A DNA stretch of 38,749 nt. It comes from an uncultured Fidelibacterota bacterium. GTDB taxonomy: Bacteria > Fidelibacterota > Marinisomatia > Marinisomatales > Marinisomataceae. The position numbers and the translations under genes are program-made. Positions within the stretch are counted from its first letter, which is position 1; each line of letters begins with the position of its first letter. The stretch lies in NCBI GenBank assembly GCA_913045065.1, contig CAJWPX010000002.1, positions 1 through 38,749 of the forward strand. Direction: 5' to 3'. This document shows, in pieces, positions 1 through 13,299 of this stretch. The notes below the pieces were generated by a model that ran no database searches, had not been told where the DNA came from, and worked only from the letters and a program-made list of their open reading frames with translations.

Positions 1-2
1 AT

Positions 3-119
3 CATTCGTATCAAAAAAAGTTAAATAATGGAGAATTAATTCTTTTAGGTGAATGTGATGAAAAAAATTATAATTATGCTGTTTTTGATGGTGATAAATT
101 AGAAATCAAGAATTTCTAA
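3..119 (+). CDS. 3' end of an unidentified protein-coding gene (partial, runs off the left edge)
   Basis: Frame 3 is open for 38 codons from the window edge (HSYQKKLNNGELILLGECDEKNYNYAVFDGDKLEIKNF) and ends at TAA 117-119. The other two plus frames have early stops. The only other open frame (minus) has no start codon and gives a nonsense-like His/Asn/Phe string. The stop overlaps the convergent argF stop (116-118). Confidence 0.35.
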   Translation, partial: HSYQKKLNNGELILLGECDEKNYNYAVFDGDKLEIKNF

Positions 120-1036
120 ACCTTATTACATAAGGTAACCATAATTGCATTTTGAATATGTAATCTGTTTTCTGCCTGCTTAAAGACAATTGAATTGTCT
201 GAATCAATCACATTATCAGTTACTTCTCTTCCACGTTCTGCTGGTAAGCAATGCATAAACAAATAATCATCTTTGGCATTCTTGACTAACTCTGAATTCA
301 CTTGAAATGGAGAAAATATTTTGATGCGTTCATCAATTTCTTCTTTTTGACCCATGGATGCCCATACATCTGTATAAATCACATCTGCATTGTGAACAGA
401 ATCAAGTGAATGGGATATAGATACATTAGATATGCCAACATCATTTGCAAATTTAATTGTATCTGCATCAGGAGAATATCCTTCAGGACACACACAAACA
501 AATTCAAAAGGAAGTACAGCCGCCAACCTAATCCAAGAATTAACAATATTATTTCCATCACCTAGATATACTATCTTCAGATTATCAAAAGAATCTTTCT
601 TTTGTTCCCACACTGTAAAAATATCAGCCAATATCTGACATGGATGGTTGTAATCAGTTAATCCATTAATAACAGGAACTGTAGCATGTTTTTCAAAATC
701 TAACATATCTTGATGATTAAATACTCTGGCCATAATCATATCATTGTAGCGACTAAATAGTTGTGCTAAATCGGCGGCACTTTCTCTTTTGCCCAATCCG
801 ATATCTTGGGGAGCTAAATAAATTGCATGTCCTCCCATCCAAGAAAATCCTGTTTCAAAAGACACCCTTGTTCTTGCTGAAGGTTTAGCAAATATCATTG
901 CTAAAGAATGGTTATTAAATGGCTTGAATTCTTCTTTATTCCTGTATTTTGATTTCAAATCGGAAGCTAGATTAAATAAATCCAAAATTTCTTCTTTAGA
1001 AAAATCATCTACCTTAATACAATGTCTAATATTCAT
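116..1036 (-). CDS. argF: Ornithine carbamoyltransferase
   Basis: 306 aa. Carbamoyl-phosphate motif SARTRVSFE (usual form is STRTR), HPCQILAD, ornithine-loop DVWASMG and HCLPAERGREV. Start overlaps the rpoN stop as ATGA. Confidence 0.88.
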   Translation of the reverse strand: MNIRHCIKVDDFSKEEILDLFNLASDLKSKYRNKEEFKPFNNHSLAMIFAKPSARTRVSFETGFSWMGGHAIYLAPQDIGLGKRESAADLAQLFSRYNDMIMARVFNHQDMLDFEKHATVPVINGLTDYNHPCQILADIFTVWEQKKDSFDNLKIVYLGDGNNIVNSWIRLAAVLPFEFVCVCPEGYSPDADTIKFANDVGISNVSISHSLDSVHNADVIYTDVWASMGQKEEIDERIKIFSPFQVNSELVKNAKDDYLFMHCLPAERGREVTDNVIDSDNSIVFKQAENRLHIQNAIMVTLCNKV

Positions 1037-2322
1037 TTTAACTGTCTCTTATTTACATTAGGAATATTCATTGATTCTCTATATTTGGCTACCGTTCTTC
1101 TAGCAATAGAAATATCTTTTTTCTTTAAAAGATTAGATATTTCTAAATCAGAAAATGGATGACTATTATCTTCTGATTGAATTAAATCTTTTATAGTATC
1201 TTTTAGTTCTTTTGTCCCAATCACTTCACCAGAATCTTTAACAATCTTACTGCTAAAGAAACTTTTCAAACTTATAATACCCAAAGGGGTATCAACATAT
1301 TTATTTTTAACCACTCGACTAATACTGGATATATCCATATCTAACTTGGTTGCAATATCTTCCAAACGAAGCGGGTTAGGATAATCTTGATTTCCAGATA
1401 AATAAGCATTTTGAAAACCAATAATTTCATTCATTACGTTTTTAAGCGTTTGAGATCGAAATATAATGGTATCTAATAAGTTTTGAGCACTATCAGTATG
1501 ATCTTTAATAAATTTTTTCTCTTTATCTGAAAATTTTTGTGTCATTGCTTCACCCAAATAATCATTGGCAATTTTAAATCGATTTAGATTTTTATCATTG
1601 ACCAAAATAATCCATTTATTGTCTTTCATTCTAATAATAAGATCAGGAATAATTTGATCAGAATCATTACTCATAATGATTGGAGAAAGATTTTTAGAGG
1701 AAATAATTTTTAGTGCATCATCAAATTCAACATCTGAACATACTAAGTTTGATTTAATTTCTGAAAAATTTTGGTTTAAAAATTCGTCAAAATATTTTGT
1801 AATGATTTCCTGAGCAAAAAAATCATTATCACCAATTTGTAAAGCAAGATATTCCTGCACATCCCTACAACCAACTCCTTGAGGAGTGAATTTCTTTACA
1901 AGATCTAAAACCTTATTTACTTCACTCAAATCTGCATGACAATTATCGGCAATTAATTCAATCTCAGTGTCTAAAAATCCAGTTTCATCTACATTAAATA
2001 TAATTTGTTTACCAATATCTTTTTCTTTGCTATCCATTTCTGATTCTTCAACTTGTTTGATTAAACTACCTACAACATCTATATCTTCAGGTAGATTTGA
2101 TAGAAATAAATCATAATTTTCTTGGTTATCTAATTGATATTCTTGGGTATTTTTATCTCTAAAATCTTCCAAATCTCTTTCAACTAAAACTGGATTTTTT
2201 TCAATTTCATTTTGCAATTCTTCTTCAATATCGGTAAGTGATAGCTCTAAAAAACGAGATTGTAATATTTGTTGAGGAATAATCGACTGTTTTTGTCGGA
2301 TCTTTGTAGAAATTTTACTCAT
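1033..2322 (-). CDS. rpoN: RNA polymerase sigma-54 factor
   Basis: 429 aa. Gln/Leu-rich N-terminus (QQILQSRFLELS), acidic region II and a C-terminal RpoN box ARRTVAKYRESMNIP. Sits directly downstream of lptB, the usual position. Confidence 0.9.
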   Translation of the reverse strand: MSKISTKIRQKQSIIPQQILQSRFLELSLTDIEEELQNEIEKNPVLVERDLEDFRDKNTQEYQLDNQENYDLFLSNLPEDIDVVGSLIKQVEESEMDSKEKDIGKQIIFNVDETGFLDTEIELIADNCHADLSEVNKVLDLVKKFTPQGVGCRDVQEYLALQIGDNDFFAQEIITKYFDEFLNQNFSEIKSNLVCSDVEFDDALKIISSKNLSPIIMSNDSDQIIPDLIIRMKDNKWIILVNDKNLNRFKIANDYLGEAMTQKFSDKEKKFIKDHTDSAQNLLDTIIFRSQTLKNVMNEIIGFQNAYLSGNQDYPNPLRLEDIATKLDMDISSISRVVKNKYVDTPLGIISLKSFFSSKIVKDSGEVIGTKELKDTIKDLIQSEDNSHPFSDLEISNLLKKKDISIARRTVAKYRESMNIPNVNKRQLK

Positions 2323-3050
2323 TAATCAAGCCTAAATTTTTTACCAAGGTATAGCTTTCGAACCTCTTCATCATTTGCTAATGTTTCTGCATCACCAGAT
2401 TTTAAAATTTTACCACTATATAATAAATATGATCTATCAGTAATCGATAAAGTTTCTCTTACATTGTGATCTGTGATTAATACTCCAATATTTTGTTCTT
2501 TAAGCGAAGTAACAACCTGTTGAATATCCTCAACAGCTATGGGATCAATACCTGCAAATGGCTCATCTAATAAGATAAAATCTGGTTTTAATGCAAGAGT
2601 TCGACATATTTCTACTCTTCTTCTCTCACCGCCAGATAAACTTCCACCTAAATTTCCTCTAAGATGATCAATATTAAATTGTATAAGCAATTTATCGATT
2701 AATTCGGTTTGTTCTTGAACAGATGGAAGAATATTTTCTAAAACTATTCTTAAATTATTTTCTACTGTTAGTTTGGCAAAGATGGAAGGTTCTTGTGCTA
2801 AATAACCTATACCCATTCTTGCTCTTTGGTACATCGGTGTACTAGTAATATTGTTATCATCAAAGAATATTTTTCCAGACGATGGTCTAATCATTCCAGT
2901 AATCATATAGAATGTAGTTGTTTTACCAGCACCATTTGGACCAAGTAATCCAACAATTTCTCCTTTTTTTAGATTAATGTTAACTTCATCAACAACTGTC
3001 TTTCCAGAGTAGCTTTTTTTCAGATTTTCTGTTTTTAATACTTTACTCAT
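2322..3050 (-). CDS. lptB: LPS export ABC transporter ATP-binding protein
   Basis: 242 aa. Walker A GPNGAGKTT, signature LSGGERRRVEI and Walker B ILLDEPFAGIDP. Context is lptC-lptB-rpoN. Confidence 0.9.
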   Translation of the reverse strand: MSKVLKTENLKKSYSGKTVVDEVNINLKKGEIVGLLGPNGAGKTTTFYMITGMIRPSSGKIFFDDNNITSTPMYQRARMGIGYLAQEPSIFAKLTVENNLRIVLENILPSVQEQTELIDKLLIQFNIDHLRGNLGGSLSGGERRRVEICRTLALKPDFILLDEPFAGIDPIAVEDIQQVVTSLKEQNIGVLITDHNVRETLSITDRSYLLYSGKILKSGDAETLANDEEVRKLYLGKKFRLD

Positions 3051-3567
3051 CTTTTACTGAACCTCTTGGTTGATTAATTTTCCATTCTGTAAGATCAATA
3101 TTCGATTGAAAACCTTTTCCATATAATGTATCCAAATCTCCTGAAATAAATATTAACTCAGAATCTGTAAAAATCTTATCGACTTTATTATTCCATAACA
3201 ACGAATCAGTCAATAATTCTTCTCCCCGATCAGCTTTAACTATTACATTTCCAAAAGCATTAATTCTATTTTCTTTTTCACTAACAAAAGCATAATCTGA
3301 TTTAATGGTTGATGTATGGTGATAATTACTATCATACAGATCTACTACAACGTTATCAGTCAATTGTAATTCAAGATTATCATCATTTTTTTCAAGTAAT
3401 TCTGCCGTTACCAATGCTTTTACGTTACCCATCTCTGTCAAAGTAATTTCAACATTTGAAGATAATTGATTGTGAACAGCTTTTTTTTCTTCACTGTTTT
3501 CTCTATCGGTACTATAGCAAGATATGAAGAAAAACAATAGGAAGATTAAGGAATAATTTGAATTCAT
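3043..3567 (-). CDS. lptC: LptC-like LPS export protein, predicted lipoprotein
   Basis: 174 aa. Signal peptide with a lipobox-like FFISC. Small beta-rich OstA/LptC-type sequence. Position between kdsC and lptB. Assigned mainly from size and context. Confidence 0.6.
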   Translation of the reverse strand: MNSNYSLIFLLFFFISCYSTDRENSEEKKAVHNQLSSNVEITLTEMGNVKALVTAELLEKNDDNLELQLTDNVVVDLYDSNYHHTSTIKSDYAFVSEKENRINAFGNVIVKADRGEELLTDSLLWNNKVDKIFTDSELIFISGDLDTLYGKGFQSNIDLTEWKINQPRGSVKDE

Positions 3568-4098
3568 CGTAAATCAGAAAGCAATTTATTAATTGAACCA
3601 TCAAAATCACCCCTTGATTCAATAATTAAATCAATAACTTCTCTTACTGCGCCTTCTCCACCAGCTTTTGTTGTAGTATAGTGAGTATGTTTTGTAACAT
3701 AATCTGGTGCATTTGGAACTGAGATTGCTAGACCAACTTTTTCAAAGATTGGTATATCTATAATATCATCTCCTATAAAACAAATCTCATGATCTTCCAG
3801 ATTGTATTCTTTTTTAAGATCATTATATGATTCAATCTTTTCAATAACTCCATTATAGACTTTATCAATCTTCAATTTATTAGCACGATGAGCAGTTGTA
3901 GCACATTCTCTTCCCGTAATCCAAGCAGTTTTGATATTAAAACCTAATCTATTTAACATATGGAATCCCACACCATCTAAAACACTAAAATTTTTTGCTT
4001 CTTCTCCATTGGTCATATAAATAAGTTTTCCATCAGTTAAAACACCATCAACATCACAAATAAGTAATTTGATTGGTTGCAATTTTTCTTTTAAAACA

Positions 4099-4106
<8 letters not shown>
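3564..4106 (-). CDS. kdsC: 3-deoxy-D-manno-octulosonate 8-phosphate phosphatase (HAD family)
   Basis: 180 aa. HAD motif I LLICDVDGVLTDG and a later GDDIIDIP motif. Adjacent to kdsA. Confidence 0.85.
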
Positions 4107-7207
<3,101 letters not shown>

Positions 7208-7211
<4 letters not shown>

Positions 7212-7519
7212 TGGCTATCCTTCTTAACCACTAAAGGAATTTCGATATAATCCCCCTTTGATTTTGGGCTATTTTCTATAACTTTTTCTTTGGGGATTGA
7301 TTTTTCTGTAACATCTTCTCTTAATACACTATGCGTATCATGAACATTGACTAATTCTTCTACATTGGATGTATCAATTTCATTTAACAAATCCATATAA
7401 TCTAGAATATTATTCATATCCTTAGTGTGTGTTTTTAACTCTGCTTCAGAGAGAGAAAGTTTGGAAAGTTTGGCTATTTTATTTAATTCTTTCTTTGTGA
7501 CTTTCTTTGTTTTTGACAT
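7208..7519 (-). CDS. gatC: Asp/Glu-tRNA amidotransferase subunit C
   Basis: 103 aa. GatC-like IAKLSKLSLSEAELKTHTKDMNNILDYMDLLNEIDT. gatA and gatB are not adjacent. Confidence 0.75.
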
Positions 7520-7545
7520 AAAAAATATTATTTAAGACAATTTAT

Positions 7546-8823
7546 CTATTCATAACGAATAGAGTCAATAGGATTAAGATTTGCAGCCTTAATTGCAGGA
7601 TATAATCCAAAGATTATCCCCATAGACGCACAAATCTGAATGCTATACAGTACCCAATTAAACGGAATGACCGGATCTTGTTGTAGAAAATATGCTACCA
7701 CATTTCCAAACAATAAACCTATGATAATACCAAAAATACCTCCTATTATGGAAATAAGGGTTGCTTCAATTAAAAATTGTAAAAATATATCAATTTTTCT
7801 TGCACCTAACGCTTTGCGAACACCAATCTCTTTAATACGTTCTGTCAATGAAACTAACATAATATTAGCAATACCAATTCCTGCTACTAATAGAGAAATC
7901 CCAGCCACTAGACCGATAAACATTTGCAAATATTTAGTAAAATCACCAAATGTATCCATTAATTGATCATTGGTTGCAATATAGAAGTTATTTTCCGATC
8001 CTGGCGGTATCTTTCGGATTGCTCTAAAGGCTCCAATTGCCTCATCAGTAGCAGCATCCAAGTCATCCATAGATTCTGATTCCAATATAAGCTGTAAACC
8101 TTCACCATAATGACTTCGACCACGGAAATATTGTAAAAAAGAGGTAATTGGAATTCCAATCATAGAATCCATGCTTTGTCCCAACATTTCTCCTTTAGCT
8201 TCTAGAAGACCAATAACTTCAAATGGAATATTATCAATTTTTATCATCTGACCTACTGGATCAGAATAAGGAAATAATTCTTCTTTAATATCATAACCCA
8301 CTATGGCAACACGTGCATTACTATCTAAATCTTGTTGTCGTAGATTCCTTCCACTAATCATTTCATATTTCTGAGTTTCAAGAACATCTCCATCACCACC
8401 CCAAAAACTTGATAATCGATTTTTTAATTCCTCTTTTCCAACACTAATTGTTCGATCACTTGGCTCCTCCGCTACAACTGCGGATATATGTTTTGTCAGT
8501 GTTAATACTCGCTTTAACTGTTCATACTCTGACCACGTAATACGAGGCTTATTACGATTATGTCTATCATTAGAACCAAAACTAATTTCAATGGGATTAT
8601 CTCGTGTAATATAAAATATATTTGTTTTCATTTCTTCAACCAAACCGGTTGTAGCTCTATCAAAAGTAGTTAATACGGTCATAATCCCAATAATAGAAGA
8701 AACCCCAACAGTAATACCAAGAAGGGTTAAAAATGTGCGAAGTTTTGTTTGTCTAAAATAAAAGAGTACACCTCCAACAGCATCACTTAAGTAATTTATA
8801 ATTCTATTCATGGCGTAATGCAT
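7546..8823 (-). CDS. MacB/FtsX-family ABC transporter permease (downstream paralog)
   Basis: 425 aa. One N-terminal TM helix, a periplasmic domain of about 230 aa, and a C-terminal FtsX-type 3-TM bundle with ERIKEIGVRKALGARK. The true start may be the MNRII Met at 8811, which would give an 8-nt overlap. Confidence 0.85.
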   Translation of the reverse strand: MHYAMNRIINYLSDAVGGVLFYFRQTKLRTFLTLLGITVGVSSIIGIMTVLTTFDRATTGLVEEMKTNIFYITRDNPIEISFGSNDRHNRNKPRITWSEYEQLKRVLTLTKHISAVVAEEPSDRTISVGKEELKNRLSSFWGGDGDVLETQKYEMISGRNLRQQDLDSNARVAIVGYDIKEELFPYSDPVGQMIKIDNIPFEVIGLLEAKGEMLGQSMDSMIGIPITSFLQYFRGRSHYGEGLQLILESESMDDLDAATDEAIGAFRAIRKIPPGSENNFYIATNDQLMDTFGDFTKYLQMFIGLVAGISLLVAGIGIANIMLVSLTERIKEIGVRKALGARKIDIFLQFLIEATLISIIGGIFGIIIGLLFGNVVAYFLQQDPVIPFNWVLYSIQICASMGIIFGLYPAIKAANLNPIDSIRYE

Positions 8824-10042
8824 CGATTGGGTGAAGGTTGGCGGCAGTTCTTGCTGGAAGAATACCAGATGTCACGCCTATAAAGAGACAGATTATAAAA
8901 GTATAAAAAATCAATAATAAATCGAAATCAATAGGAAAGTTTATCCCATTGGTAGTGGCTAACGATGAAGAAAGAACTACGGTGACTAACTTAACTAATC
9001 CAATTCCTATTGTTCCTCCAATAATGGAAATAATAACTGCTTCACTTAAAAATTGCACCAAAATATCATTATTGGTCGCACCCATTGCTTTTCTCAAACC
9101 AATTTCTTTAGTACGTTCTCGTACAGAAACAAACATCACATTCATAATACCTATTGCAGAAACAACTAAAGATATTCCTGTCACCATAAAAGCCATTCCA
9201 GCAATAGCAATTTTTATACTATCAAACTGACTTTGATATGCATCAGCAGAATTCACAGCAAAATCATCTTCTTGATCAGGTCTTAATTTACGAGCTACCC
9301 TCATAATCATCCCTACTTCTTCTTTTGCTTTATATAAATTTTCAGGTTCTGTTTTTAATATCAATTCATCAAAACCCCATCTTGTTAGAATGCGTTTAAA
9401 AGTTGATGAAGGCATAATCACTAGATTATCAATCGTACCTCCTGGAACCATTCCCATTCCTTGCTTTTTTAGTTCGCCAATGACTTCAAAAGTAACACTA
9501 CCAATTTTTATTTTTTTTCCTATTGGATCTTCACCATCAAAAAATCCATCTCTTACTGTACCACCAACAATCACAACTCTTCTTTGCAAGACCCATTCAT
9601 TTTCGGAAAAGAATCTTCCATTAGTCACTTCTGTTCCACTTAACATTTCACCATAACTTGGATACACACCATTAACTTGTAACCAAGACGCTTTATTTTG
9701 GTATGAAGATCTTATCCAGGTACTTTTTTTAATAGATACATCTGTAACATATTGACTAGATTGATTGATATAATCGAGATAATCTTCCTCAATTTTCGGA
9801 CGATTACGATATTTCCACCAATCAAAATCAAATGACCATGGCCATGTTGATACATAAATTTTATCATTTCCATAATAATCCATTGATTTTGCAAATTCTT
9901 TATCAATACTAGAAGCTCCAGCAGTAACAATACTAACTGTAAAGATACCAATGGTTAATCCAAGAGATGTTAAGGCAACTCGTGTAATGTTTGATCGAAT
10001 TGCACCAAGACCGATTAAAATATTTTTAAGAATGTTATTCAT
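8804..10042 (-). CDS. MacB/FtsX-family ABC transporter permease (upstream paralog)
   Basis: 412 aa. Same architecture as its neighbour, with [16 protein letters not shown]. Confidence 0.85.
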   Translation of the reverse strand: MNNILKNILIGLGAIRSNITRVALTSLGLTIGIFTVSIVTAGASSIDKEFAKSMDYYGNDKIYVSTWPWSFDFDWWKYRNRPKIEEDYLDYINQSSQYVTDVSIKKSTWIRSSYQNKASWLQVNGVYPSYGEMLSGTEVTNGRFFSENEWVLQRRVVIVGGTVRDGFFDGEDPIGKKIKIGSVTFEVIGELKKQGMGMVPGGTIDNLVIMPSSTFKRILTRWGFDELILKTEPENLYKAKEEVGMIMRVARKLRPDQEDDFAVNSADAYQSQFDSIKIAIAGMAFMVTGISLVVSAIGIMNVMFVSVRERTKEIGLRKAMGATNNDILVQFLSEAVIISIIGGTIGIGLVKLVTVVLSSSLATTNGINFPIDFDLLLIFYTFIICLFIGVTSGILPARTAANLHPIDALRHE

Positions 10043-10724
10043 CTAATGTAATTTTGCCATCGAAAAGTTCTACTCTTCTTTTTGCGCGCTTTGCAATTGA
10101 TTTTTCATGAGTTACAACAATTAAAGTATTACCAGCTTTATGCAATTGATCAAAAAATTTCAAAATTTCTAATCCACTTTTTGAATCTAAATTACCAGTT
10201 GGTTCATCAGCTAAAATAATAGAAGGTTTATTAACCAAAGCACGTGCAATTGCTACACGCTGTCTCTGTCCTCCAGATAATTCATTAGGTTTATGTGTCA
10301 TTCTATCTTCTAATCCAACAATTTTTAATGCTTCTTTTGCTCTTTGAGTTCGTTTTGTCCTATTTAAAGAAGAATAAATTAGAGGAACTTCCACATTTTG
10401 AAGTGCATTGAGTTTCGGCAATAAATTGAATGTTTGAAAAACAAATCCAATTTTTTCATTTCGGATATTTGCAAGTTGACTATCATTCATTTCGGATATT
10501 AATGCTTTATTAAACTTATAGGTTCCTTTGGTTGGAACATCCAAACAGCCAATAATATTCATTAATGTTGATTTTCCAGAACCAGATGGTCCCATAATCG
10601 ATATAAAATCATTTTCATAAATGTTTACCGAAACATCATCTAAAGCTTTAACAACATTAGTCCCTAAATGATAAATTTTAGAGATTGATTTTATAGATAT
10701 TATCTCTTTTTTTGATTTAGCCAC
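10035..10724 (-). CDS. MacB/LolD-type ABC transporter ATP-binding protein
   Basis: Walker [18 protein letters not shown], signature [15 protein letters not shown] and Walker [13 protein letters not shown]. The track ORF runs to 10787, 71 nt into the adaptor gene. A GTG at 10724 lies in GTGGCTAA across the adaptor stop and gives a normal N-terminus ([18 protein letters not shown]). Confidence 0.85.
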   Translation of the reverse strand: MAKSKKEIISIKSISKIYHLGTNVVKALDDVSVNIYENDFISIMGPSGSGKSTLMNIIGCLDVPTKGTYKFNKALISEMNDSQLANIRNEKIGFVFQTFNLLPKLNALQNVEVPLIYSSLNRTKRTQRAKEALKIVGLEDRMTHKPNELSGGQRQRVAIARALVNKPSIILADEPTGNLDSKSGLEILKFFDQLHKAGNTLIVVTHEKSIAKRAKRRVELFDGKITLDE

Positions 10725-11973
10725 GTTTACGACTAGATCTTGGATTATTATTAGATTTTTCTTTAACAGTAACTTTTGCACCATCATATAAATCTCGACT
10801 AATTGCTACAAAGCCTCCAGTAACAATTTCTTCTCCTTCTTCAAGGCCAGAGATTACTTCATAGTCTACATCACCAACAATACCAGTTTCAACAAAACGC
10901 TGCTCTACCGTATTTCCTTTAACAACAAAAACAACATTTTTACCTTTATTACCTGATTTTTGTGATCTATTTCCCCATTGTCCTTTTCTATCACCTGATT
11001 CTACAGAAACACTAAAACCAGAAGATTTCTTTTTGGATTCACCATCTGGTGCTTGACGAGGACTTGTTAAAGACTGAATTGGAATTGTAAGAACTTGTTC
11101 TCGGTTTTCGGTAATAATATCAACTGCTGCACTCATACCTGGTCTCATTCCATCAGCAACTTCTAGCATTTGTACTTTTACCTGAAAATTTGTCACTTGT
11201 TGTTGTGAACCACCACTTGAGGTGCTTGCAGCATATGCTACTTCTTTGACTACGCCTTTAAATTTTCGATCTTGATAAGCATCTACTTCGACCAGTGCGT
11301 AATCATTGAGAGAAACATCAGTAATATCATTTTCATTAACATTAACTAATACTTCCATTTTAGATAAATCTGATAGCTTAATTAATACCTGCGGGTTAAA
11401 CATCCCTCCTTGAGCTAAATCACCGACCTCTCCTGTAAGATATGTAATAGTCCCATCTTGTGGTGCTACTAATTTCAATTTTTGTAGAGCATCTTCGTCT
11501 TGAATTAGTCTAGCTTTTGCTTGATTATAAGAACTTAATGCTGAAGCATATGAAGAATTGGTTGTTTCCATTTCCTGATCAGATATCAGTCCTTGTTTAT
11601 ATAATTCTTCTTGACGTGACTTTTGAGCTTTTCTTTGATCTAGCTGTACTGAAGTTGCTTTTACACTCGCTCTTGATGCTTCTGTAGCGGCTCTTTGTTG
11701 ACGATCATCCAAGGCCATTAAAAAATCTCCTTTTTTAACAAAATCGCCTTCCTTCACCGAAATATCAGTAATATAAGTTGTATTATTTGCACTTAATTTA
11801 ATTTCTATTTCAGGCTGCAGCTCGCCATCGGCAACTACTTTACTAGATAAATCTTTTCTTCCCATTTTCATAGTAGAAACTTCAATAGATCCATCACCAT
11901 TAGATGAAAATGGATTTAGATATAAAACAATTCCTACCAAAACTACTAAACCAGCGATTAATTTTTTCTTCAC
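10717..11973 (-). CDS. HlyD/MacA-family periplasmic adaptor (membrane fusion protein)
   Basis: 418 aa. N-terminal TM anchor, lipoyl-like motif ([15 protein letters not shown]), a coiled-coil hairpin and beta-barrel segments. Carries a Lys/Ser/Gly-rich low-complexity insert at about aa 303-345. Confidence 0.8.
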   Translation of the reverse strand: MKKKLIAGLVVLVGIVLYLNPFSSNGDGSIEVSTMKMGRKDLSSKVVADGELQPEIEIKLSANNTTYITDISVKEGDFVKKGDFLMALDDRQQRAATEASRASVKATSVQLDQRKAQKSRQEELYKQGLISDQEMETTNSSYASALSSYNQAKARLIQDEDALQKLKLVAPQDGTITYLTGEVGDLAQGGMFNPQVLIKLSDLSKMEVLVNVNENDITDVSLNDYALVEVDAYQDRKFKGVVKEVAYAASTSSGGSQQQVTNFQVKVQMLEVADGMRPGMSAAVDIITENREQVLTIPIQSLTSPRQAPDGESKKKSSGFSVSVESGDRKGQWGNRSQKSGNKGKNVVFVVKGNTVEQRFVETGIVGDVDYEVISGLEEGEEIVTGGFVAISRDLYDGAKVTVKEKSNNNPRSSRKRG

Positions 11974-11982
11974 ATTTACTCC

Positions 11983-13254
11983 TTATTGATATTTTTTATC
12001 CAGTGTTCCCAATAATTGATCCAAATTTGCAAGCTGTATTGCAGTATCATATTTCGTTGTCACCAATGTTGAGCTTGCTTGAAGCACTGCCAATTGCGCA
12101 TCTAACAATTCTAAAATTGTTGCGGAACCTAATTCATATTTATTTTGTGCTAATCGTAAATCCTCTTCTGCAGAAACCAATACTTCTTCATAGATTGGGA
12201 TAAGTTCTTCATAATTTTTGAGAGTATTGAGTAATGATGATAAGCTAACTTTAGCATCTTTTCTTTTGCTGCCATATATCATTTTAGATTGTCCAAATCG
12301 CATCTTAGATATTTCTACAGAATTTCTGTTTTTAAGACCAGAAAAAATAGGAATGCTAAGAGTTAAATTTGCACTTTTAATATAATTATCATCAAAAAAT
12401 TCACTTGTAATTTTTTCGCTAGACGATGCGTTCATTCCAACACTTAAATTTAAGCTAGGGAAACTTGATCCCCATGCTGAACGAAGATTTAATTGTGCAG
12501 TCGCAATCTGTGCATCCAAAATTTTTAATTCAGGACTATTTTGAATCATAATTTCATATGCTTCATTAAAATTAGGAACAATCAATTCTATATTAACTTT
12601 ATCTCTCACTTTTAATTCTATATTCTTTTCTAAAATTCCCATACCATTTTTTAATGTTTGCTCACTATTATCTCGATTAAGTCTCCTAGACAGTAAAGTA
12701 GATTTTGCTGTTCCATATTGTACAGATGCTTTTAAGTAGTCAGTTTTGCTCACAGATCCTAGATTATATCGTCTTTCTACCAATTCTAATTGTCTTGAAG
12801 ATAATTCTAGATTTTTTTCAGCAATAGTAAAGAGTTCTTTATTTTTTAAGAATTGATAGTAATAAGTATAAACATTCAAGATAATTCTTGATTTTGATTG
12901 TCTTTCATTTTCTTTTGCAATGAAATAATTATTATTACTTTGTTTTACATTTCTGGCATTATTACCAGAATTAAATAAATTTTGACTTAAGCTAATTCCA
13001 GCTCCATGCCTTTCAGTAGAAAGACTAGAATTTCCATATGTAGTTTCGCTAAAAGAGTTACTTGCTCGCAACGTTGGTAGTAACATCCCTATTGCAGAAA
13101 CTCTATTAAGTTGAGCTATCTTAGTATCTTGTTCAGCACGTTTAACTCCAGCTTTATTTTCTAAGGCAATACGAACACATTCATCTACGCTTAATGCTTG
13201 TCCAAAAAGCACAGAAAAAGATAAAAATAATGTTATATATATATTTTTTGTCAT
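11983..13254 (-). CDS. TolC-family outer-membrane efflux protein
   Basis: The track ORF starts at 13299. Met at 13254 gives a normal signal peptide (MTKNIYITLFLSFSVLFGQA). Two tandem OEP-type repeats and a typical C-terminal LDAQLAV...AIQLANLDQLLG. Confidence 0.8.
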   Translation of the reverse strand: MTKNIYITLFLSFSVLFGQALSVDECVRIALENKAGVKRAEQDTKIAQLNRVSAIGMLLPTLRASNSFSETTYGNSSLSTERHGAGISLSQNLFNSGNNARNVKQSNNNYFIAKENERQSKSRIILNVYTYYYQFLKNKELFTIAEKNLELSSRQLELVERRYNLGSVSKTDYLKASVQYGTAKSTLLSRRLNRDNSEQTLKNGMGILEKNIELKVRDKVNIELIVPNFNEAYEIMIQNSPELKILDAQIATAQLNLRSAWGSSFPSLNLSVGMNASSSEKITSEFFDDNYIKSANLTLSIPIFSGLKNRNSVEISKMRFGQSKMIYGSKRKDAKVSLSSLLNTLKNYEELIPIYEEVLVSAEEDLRLAQNKYELGSATILELLDAQLAVLQASSTLVTTKYDTAIQLANLDQLLGTLDKKYQ

Positions 13255-13299
13255 TGTTCTAATTATTAGACATTCTAAATAAAAAAAAGTAAAAAACAA

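Noticed and set aside
872-880. SARTR instead of the canonical STRTR carbamoyl-phosphate motif in the OTCase
   Set aside because: The codons were verified (TCA GCA AGA). The other OTCase signatures (HPCQILAD, DVWASMG, HCLPAERG) are intact. A single Thr-to-Ala change at a position I believe contacts the substrate largely through its backbone is not enough to propose altered specificity without an alignment.
7640-9230. Two similar antisense ORFs (7640-7966 and 8949-9230, both containing ...PPIMEI..AS.KNC..IS...AP.A...PISL.RS..ETNI...)
   Set aside because: They lie opposite the conserved FtsX motif of two paralogous permeases. Their similarity is a mirror image of sense-strand paralogy, not independent conservation. 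Their composition is Ile/Pro/Thr-rich and low in complexity, typical of antisense frames.
7546-10042. Two adjacent permease ORFs as a possible frameshifted or split pseudogene
   Set aside because: Each ORF has the complete architecture: TM1, periplasmic domain and a 3-TM FtsX bundle with its own E(R)xKEIG(x)RKA(L/M)GA motif. They are tandem paralogs, not halves of one gene.
10725-10787. 71-nt overlap between the ABC ATPase ORF and the adaptor gene
   Set aside because: It disappears if the ATPase starts at the GTG at 10724, which is embedded in GTGGCTAA across the adaptor stop. The upstream [21 protein letters not shown] peptide has no counterpart in MacB/LolD-type ATPases.
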